Source: a virus. Taken from it: 64,000 bases of DNA. The position numbers were made by a program, and so were the translations under genes. Under the pieces are notes generated by a model that ran no database searches, had not been told where the DNA came from, and saw only the letters and a list, made by a program, of their open reading frames with translations. The stretch is from IMG/VR virus record IMGVR_UViG_3300027743_000025, positions 1-64,000 of that record, one strand, 5' to 3'. Positions 59,460-64,000 of this stretch are shown in pieces (positions within the stretch are counted from its first letter, which is position 1; each line of letters begins with the position of its first letter).

Positions 59460-62143
59460 GATGCCGCCTCCCAGTGTGCCTCTCTCTGCAACTGCGCTAC
59501 CTGGTCATTAGTGAGAATACGCTGATACTTCGCTCTCACTACCGTGTCCTCGAACGTCGTCTGGTCGACGGAGTTGAAGGCTTCATAGAGCGCGGCATGG
59601 TTATCCATAGTTGGCTCTGTCTTACGAACTGCGAACGTCGCGTTAGCCACTGCTTCCCGGACATCATCGAAAGTCTTGAGGCCGGCCTTGAAGGCATACA
59701 ACATCGCGACCACATGATCGGTCCCGGAGGCAGTGCCGAAGACACCAGCAGCAGCAGCCACCGCGCCGGCCGGAGCAGCTGGAGCAACTGGAGGAACTCC
59801 GATGGCACCCGCGCCGGGCATCTCAGCAGAGTGGTCCAGGAGAGTAGCCGGCTTGGTGGTGTTGTCGTAAGATGCCCAGCGGTCCATATAATCGGCGAGA
59901 TCGTTGAAGTTGATGATGTTCTGGGTAGTGTCTCTCACCCTGTTCTTCTCGATGACCCTTGAGGGAACGTAGCGGCCACCAATGGTGTCATCGCTGTTCG
60001 CATCCCGGAGACGGTCAATACCGCGCCGGTGACGCTCTTGCACCCTCTTCAGGGAAACATCGATAGGAACGTCTACGAAAACTCCATCCACCGCGTAGCC
60101 CAGCTTCCTGAGATCGTCCACATTGACCGGTGGAGGATCACCGCCCATGGTGCCATCGAAGATGACGTTGTAGCCCTCAGCGATCAGTCGAGACTCAAAC
60201 AGCATGGCTAGCCGACTGGACATCTTATGGATCAGGTCGGCCGTCTCCAGCTCTCCCATACCAGGGATATCTGGTGCGTCTCCCCGCTCTGCGATCCTCT
60301 CCTTGAAAAGGTCTGAGTTGATCTGCACCCAGTCCCTGTCTAGGATCTCCTCTCCGCCTACGGCTTCACTCAGGATGGTTGACTTACCCGCCCCCGGCAG
60401 TCCACCCAGGAGCAAAGACTTCCTACCTTGTGGTTTCGGCTTTCCAGCCTTAGTGACGGTCATCTCCGCATGCAGCTCATCAACGAGCTGCTCAAAGTAC
60501 TCTTCTCGCTCGGTAGACCACTGGCCGTTAGAGTCTCTGAACGCATCTTCGTAAGCCAGTCCAGCTGCTCTAGCGTCTGCCAGGGTGTCATCCAGCCACT
60601 TCACATGTGCCTGGTATTCCGCATCAGTGAGCGGAGGCTGGCCCTTCACATTGACGTTGGGGGCCGGAGGCCGGCTAGCGATGAACTCCTGTAGCTTCTG
60701 GTCGTATTGCTCCAGGGAAAGAGTCGGCCGGTAGTTCGGATCAGCCGCTCTAGCTACGTCGACTTCCTCGATCGCGCTCAAGTTCTCAGTGAGGCTGCGG
60801 GGCAGAGTGGCCAACGACTTTGGAGCCATCATCACCTTGTCGTTGATGTCCCCTACCGGGATCACGTCAGGGAATCCGGCTGCCGGGTCTGCGGGTATTG
60901 CATTCCCATCCCGGTCCACGTAGGAGACATGGGCGCCCTGAGGGGTGAGGTTGGTGATCTGGCCCCGGCGCCGATCAGCCGTGCGGCTGGTGATCGGAGC
61001 GTTCTTGTCTGCGAAGACATTCACCAGGCCGAACTTCTCGATGAACGTGCCGTCCTTACCGCGCGGGTGCAGCCACTCTCTCCAGTTGATAGCCGCGATG
61101 ACTGCCGGATGATCCAGCAACCTGTGCTCACGGGACTGCATCATCAAGGATCCGAAGATTCCAACCGGCTCATCCCCATTGATGCACAGCTGCACGTAGT
61201 GCTTCGCGGCGGCCACGACGGCTGCCGCCGCCGTGGCTTCCTCAAAAGGGAGAGTCATCTCCTCGCTGTCAGAGGCGGGGAACTCCGGCAGTGTCTCGGG
61301 AGCGGTTTTGCCGAGCTGCCATTCCTGCGGGATCTTGTCGAGTGCCCCCAGAGCCTTTGCGCGCTTCACCACATACCACCGGCTGTCGGGGTGGGTGATG
61401 GCATAGCGCACAGCCACCGGAAGATCATCCACCCGGTTGACAGACGGGATGTTCGCTCCAGATGCCACTACCGCTTCCTCCGGTTCGCCTACCGCCGGCT
61501 GTGCTTCTCCCGGCATCTCGATAACCTCGGCTTCTTCGCCAAGCAGCTTGGTCGGCAGATCAGCCACGCTAATGGTCTTTCCGCTGGCATCGCCAGCGTC
61601 CCACACTGCCAGAGCGGATGGGGCCACCTGCACCAGGGACATATCGTCCAGCGTTGTGTTGCCCTCGGGGAGTGCGATCCATTCCCCGTCATACCGCACG
61701 AACGGTCCCATGCCAGTCTCGATAATCAGCGTGACGACTGTGTTGTCCGGAGCCACCACAGCGTCCAGTTGGAGTGCCAACATTCCTCCCCTCAAAATGT
61801 GAGCCTCAACCACGGTTAGCGGCTGCGGTACACCAGCGTCTGGAGCCAGAGTGATTGCATCATATGGGTCAAGTGGCCGGATCCGTATTGTCTCATCCGG
61901 AGCTGCCGGGTCAGAGAAGACAGCTGTCGCTGTCAAGACTCCTCCGCCCTCATCAACAGGTTCAGAGATCACTACTCCACGCAGCTCATCCCCTTCGTCC
62001 CACACAAGCATGAGACCGTTTTCGCCAGTTTGTAGCTCCACGTCGGCACCATAACGAACCGAGGTCGTGTCATACGGCGCTGAAGTGATTGGATCAACTC
62101 TGTGGATGATCACCTCAATGACGGCCGGGTTGGGGGCTAGCAT
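59456..62143 (-). CDS. large head-region protein with zeta-toxin-like P-loop kinase domain
   Basis: LLGGLPGAGKST, INSDLFK, GYNVIFDGT, GGRYVP; HPRGKDGTFIEK motif. Confidence 0.8.
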   Translation of the reverse strand: MLAPNPAVIEVIIHRVDPITSAPYDTTSVRYGADVELQTGENGLMLVWDEGDELRGVVISEPVDEGGGVLTATAVFSDPAAPDETIRIRPLDPYDAITLAPDAGVPQPLTVVEAHILRGGMLALQLDAVVAPDNTVVTLIIETGMGPFVRYDGEWIALPEGNTTLDDMSLVQVAPSALAVWDAGDASGKTISVADLPTKLLGEEAEVIEMPGEAQPAVGEPEEAVVASGANIPSVNRVDDLPVAVRYAITHPDSRWYVVKRAKALGALDKIPQEWQLGKTAPETLPEFPASDSEEMTLPFEEATAAAAVVAAAKHYVQLCINGDEPVGIFGSLMMQSREHRLLDHPAVIAAINWREWLHPRGKDGTFIEKFGLVNVFADKNAPITSRTADRRRGQITNLTPQGAHVSYVDRDGNAIPADPAAGFPDVIPVGDINDKVMMAPKSLATLPRSLTENLSAIEEVDVARAADPNYRPTLSLEQYDQKLQEFIASRPPAPNVNVKGQPPLTDAEYQAHVKWLDDTLADARAAGLAYEDAFRDSNGQWSTEREEYFEQLVDELHAEMTVTKAGKPKPQGRKSLLLGGLPGAGKSTILSEAVGGEEILDRDWVQINSDLFKERIAERGDAPDIPGMGELETADLIHKMSSRLAMLFESRLIAEGYNVIFDGTMGGDPPPVNVDDLRKLGYAVDGVFVDVPIDVSLKRVQERHRRGIDRLRDANSDDTIGGRYVPSRVIEKNRVRDTTQNIINFNDLADYMDRWASYDNTTKPATLLDHSAEMPGAGAIGVPPVAPAAPAGAVAAAAGVFGTASGTDHVVAMLYAFKAGLKTFDDVREAVANATFAVRKTEPTMDNHAALYEAFNSVDQTTFEDTVVRAKYQRILTNDQVAQLQREAHWEAAS

Positions 62144-62145
62144 GG

Positions 62146-63999
62146 CTACACCTCATAGCTTTCCGGGAGATCCAGAATGTTCCGGATGTTCGGTGGCAGG
62201 TAGAGGGGTGGCAGGTCGGAAGGCTTCATAGTCTTGGCTACAGCCATGGTGACGATGTACTTCTCAAGTGGAATGCCATTGATCGACACGATTCCCTTGG
62301 CCTTCAGCTTCGCGATAGCCGAGTCAACTTCCTTCTGGCTGGGAACCGCGATCATGGAGGTCTGTTCAGGACTTAGACCACCGCTAATGTAGTAGTCCTT
62401 CACGTTGCCCCAGTTGAGAATGTTCTTGAAGACGTTCTCTTCCCCGTAAGTGGGGTTGCCGAACACGTCTCCCAGGGAGGCTCGCATGTCCCCGATACGC
62501 CCGTAGACAGCCTCAGGACGGTAGTAGGACATGATGCCGCCGCTGACGTAAGAAGCCTGGTCGTTGTGGTCTGGAAGCCTGGTGTAGCTCTTGGCTGAGG
62601 CATAGGCCCCGTGGCCGGCATACCCGCCAGAGTCGGACTGCGCCGACTTCCCTAGACCCTTCCCAGACGGCGCGTACACGGCTCCGTTAAGTCGCTTGTT
62701 CATGGAGTTGACCTGGCCGTACAGAGCCGCCGAGACGACGGTCTCGGCATCGGCTCTACTGCCACCCTTGACTACCAGGTTCATCTTGCTCTTGGCCTTC
62801 ATGGCAGTGATGGCTCGATCCGACCAGAAGAACGACACCTTGCCAATGGACTCATCCACGCCGACCCGCACGTCCTGCCAGCCAAGGTCAGGGATGCCCA
62901 TCTGATCCCCGGCCAGTTTGAAGATCTGCTCATCAGACAGGCCCTGCGTGTTCTCCACATCAGCCTGGTTCCACTTGACCATAGTGGACAGCATGACCCG
63001 AACCTGCTGCTTAGCTGAGGACTGCGTCATGGGGGAGTAGCCACCCAGGCCCAGCTCAGCCAGCGCGGCAGAGAGGTCTGCATCTGTCGCACCCTCAGGC
63101 AGGGATACCGAGGTCATGCCGTAGCGGGAATCGTTCTTGTAGGAACCAGACGGCTCCACCACTTCAATAACAACCCCGTTACTAGCGACCAGGCGCACAT
63201 TGGTGGAGGAACCGAAGTCGCTGAATGCACTCTTGTGAGCCGGCACCGCCTGTCCCGGCTCTACATCCAGTGTCCCGTCCGCGTGCATGGCCGAGAGTCC
63301 GCCGTCATGAGCGATGGTCCAGCCCTTATCCTTGGCCGTTTGGCTCAAGGTGAACTGCCCCGGGCTCAGCACCTTGATCTTGGTGGGATCCCACGTGTTT
63401 ACCGTATAGGTGTGCCCGGATGCCCATGGGGTGGTGACGACATCAGTGCTTCCCAGGCTCTTGAAGGTGACCTTCTTGTTTCCATCCGGCGTGTCCTCGA
63501 CAGCGACCACCTCGAAGTTCGGGGGGTTGCCAGAGTTGTCCGGCCGCCAGGCGCCCTGATTCTCCGGCTTGCTGCTGGCAGACGGCTTAAGAGCGACACG
63601 CTCGCCCACCGCGATGTCTCCGGTGAGCTTCTTGCTGCGTACCCAGTCGCCCTGTTCCTCCATGGCTCCGGTGGCCAGGTTGCTCGCCAGCGTCGCGCGC
63701 TGCTCCTTGGTCAAAGAGAAGATCACCCGGTTGTACTTCTTGCCGGATGGGCCGACTGCGCGGACCGTGACCATCTCGCCGTTCCGGATGCCCGGGACGC
63801 TGGTGACGATCGCCCGCCACTTGCCGTCCTGCAAGGTCTTGCCCAGCGCCTCGGCCGGCGTGTCAACCGCCAGCGCCATGCCCTGCGGGACAACTGACGG
63901 AGGCAGCGGAGCCTTATATGGGGTGTACTCCTCCATGTCCAGCCGGAGTGCCGACACAAGCCGCGTCGACTTCTCGCCAGTGGAGGTCAGGACTACCGC
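62146..63999 (-). CDS. large hypothetical virion-region protein (5' end outside window)
   Basis: reading frame is open to the window edge; no domain recognised. Confidence 0.75.
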   Translation of the reverse strand, partial: AVVLTSTGEKSTRLVSALRLDMEEYTPYKAPLPPSVVPQGMALAVDTPAEALGKTLQDGKWRAIVTSVPGIRNGEMVTVRAVGPSGKKYNRVIFSLTKEQRATLASNLATGAMEEQGDWVRSKKLTGDIAVGERVALKPSASSKPENQGAWRPDNSGNPPNFEVVAVEDTPDGNKKVTFKSLGSTDVVTTPWASGHTYTVNTWDPTKIKVLSPGQFTLSQTAKDKGWTIAHDGGLSAMHADGTLDVEPGQAVPAHKSAFSDFGSSTNVRLVASNGVVIEVVEPSGSYKNDSRYGMTSVSLPEGATDADLSAALAELGLGGYSPMTQSSAKQQVRVMLSTMVKWNQADVENTQGLSDEQIFKLAGDQMGIPDLGWQDVRVGVDESIGKVSFFWSDRAITAMKAKSKMNLVVKGGSRADAETVVSAALYGQVNSMNKRLNGAVYAPSGKGLGKSAQSDSGGYAGHGAYASAKSYTRLPDHNDQASYVSGGIMSYYRPEAVYGRIGDMRASLGDVFGNPTYGEENVFKNILNWGNVKDYYISGGLSPEQTSMIAVPSQKEVDSAIAKLKAKGIVSINGIPLEKYIVTMAVAKTMKPSDLPPLYLPPNIRNILDLPESYEV

Positions 64000-64000
64000 G

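Noticed and set aside
27837-61819. Long antisense ORFs (e.g. 27837..28925, 54663..55631, 57138..58136, 60707..61819)
   Set aside because: Shadow frames of high-GC genes with clear motifs on the opposite strand.
204-63868. 8-mer explained purely as SalI (GTCGAC) avoidance or deamination
   Set aside because: About 18 intact GTCGAC sites remain, flanks are strongly asymmetric (G...A), the mirror product GGTCAACA is uncommon, and many copies are in Arg-Leu-Thr frames or promoters. Not fully excluded without raw reads.
204-63868. Every TTGACA is a promoter
   Set aside because: Most intragenic copies lack a TAnnnT box 16-18 bp downstream.
1-64000. Integrated prophage or host chromosome
   Set aside because: No integrase, att site or housekeeping genes in the window; lifestyle cannot be determined from this fragment.

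Overview
This 64 kb, high-GC window is part of a large tailed actinobacteriophage genome. No integrase, host housekeeping genes, rRNA, tRNA or CRISPR array were seen. All product calls are from recognised motifs and synteny, not database searches. Layout: (1) 1-12 kb and 15.5-27 kb hold dense accessory/early genes in short transcription units with near-consensus sigma-70-type promoters (many leaderless) and intrinsic terminators. Their cargo includes two type IV pilin-like genes, secreted metalloprotease, AMIN-like and lipoprotein genes, paralogous small Zn-finger proteins and a run of unannotated 20-46 aa membrane micropeptides. (2) 12.4-15.3 kb holds an iteron/AT-rich origin candidate next to a primase-helicase. 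(3) 27.9-35.7 kb is a replication/recombination operon (SNF2 helicase, RuvC-like resolvase, PolA, DUF669 SSB, AAA_24, Cas4-like exonuclease). (4) 41-64 kb is a minus-strand virion/lysis module resembling mycobacteriophage cluster-B-type structural genes: maturation protease, capsid hexamer protein, a displaced PKD-fused capsid pentamer protein, major tail, frameshifted TAC, TMP, minor tails and a DUF1906 endolysin, plus a zeta-toxin-domain protein. The most striking unexplained signal is a genome-wide motif, GGTTGACA/TGTCAACC. By hand count the 7-mer core occurs roughly 110 times and the full 8-mer roughly 90 times, against about 1-2 expected for the 8-mer from base composition. It is embedded in genes in several reading frames, forms a 10-bp-period direct repeat over the -35 box of about 15 promoters, and differs by one base from the origin iteron core.
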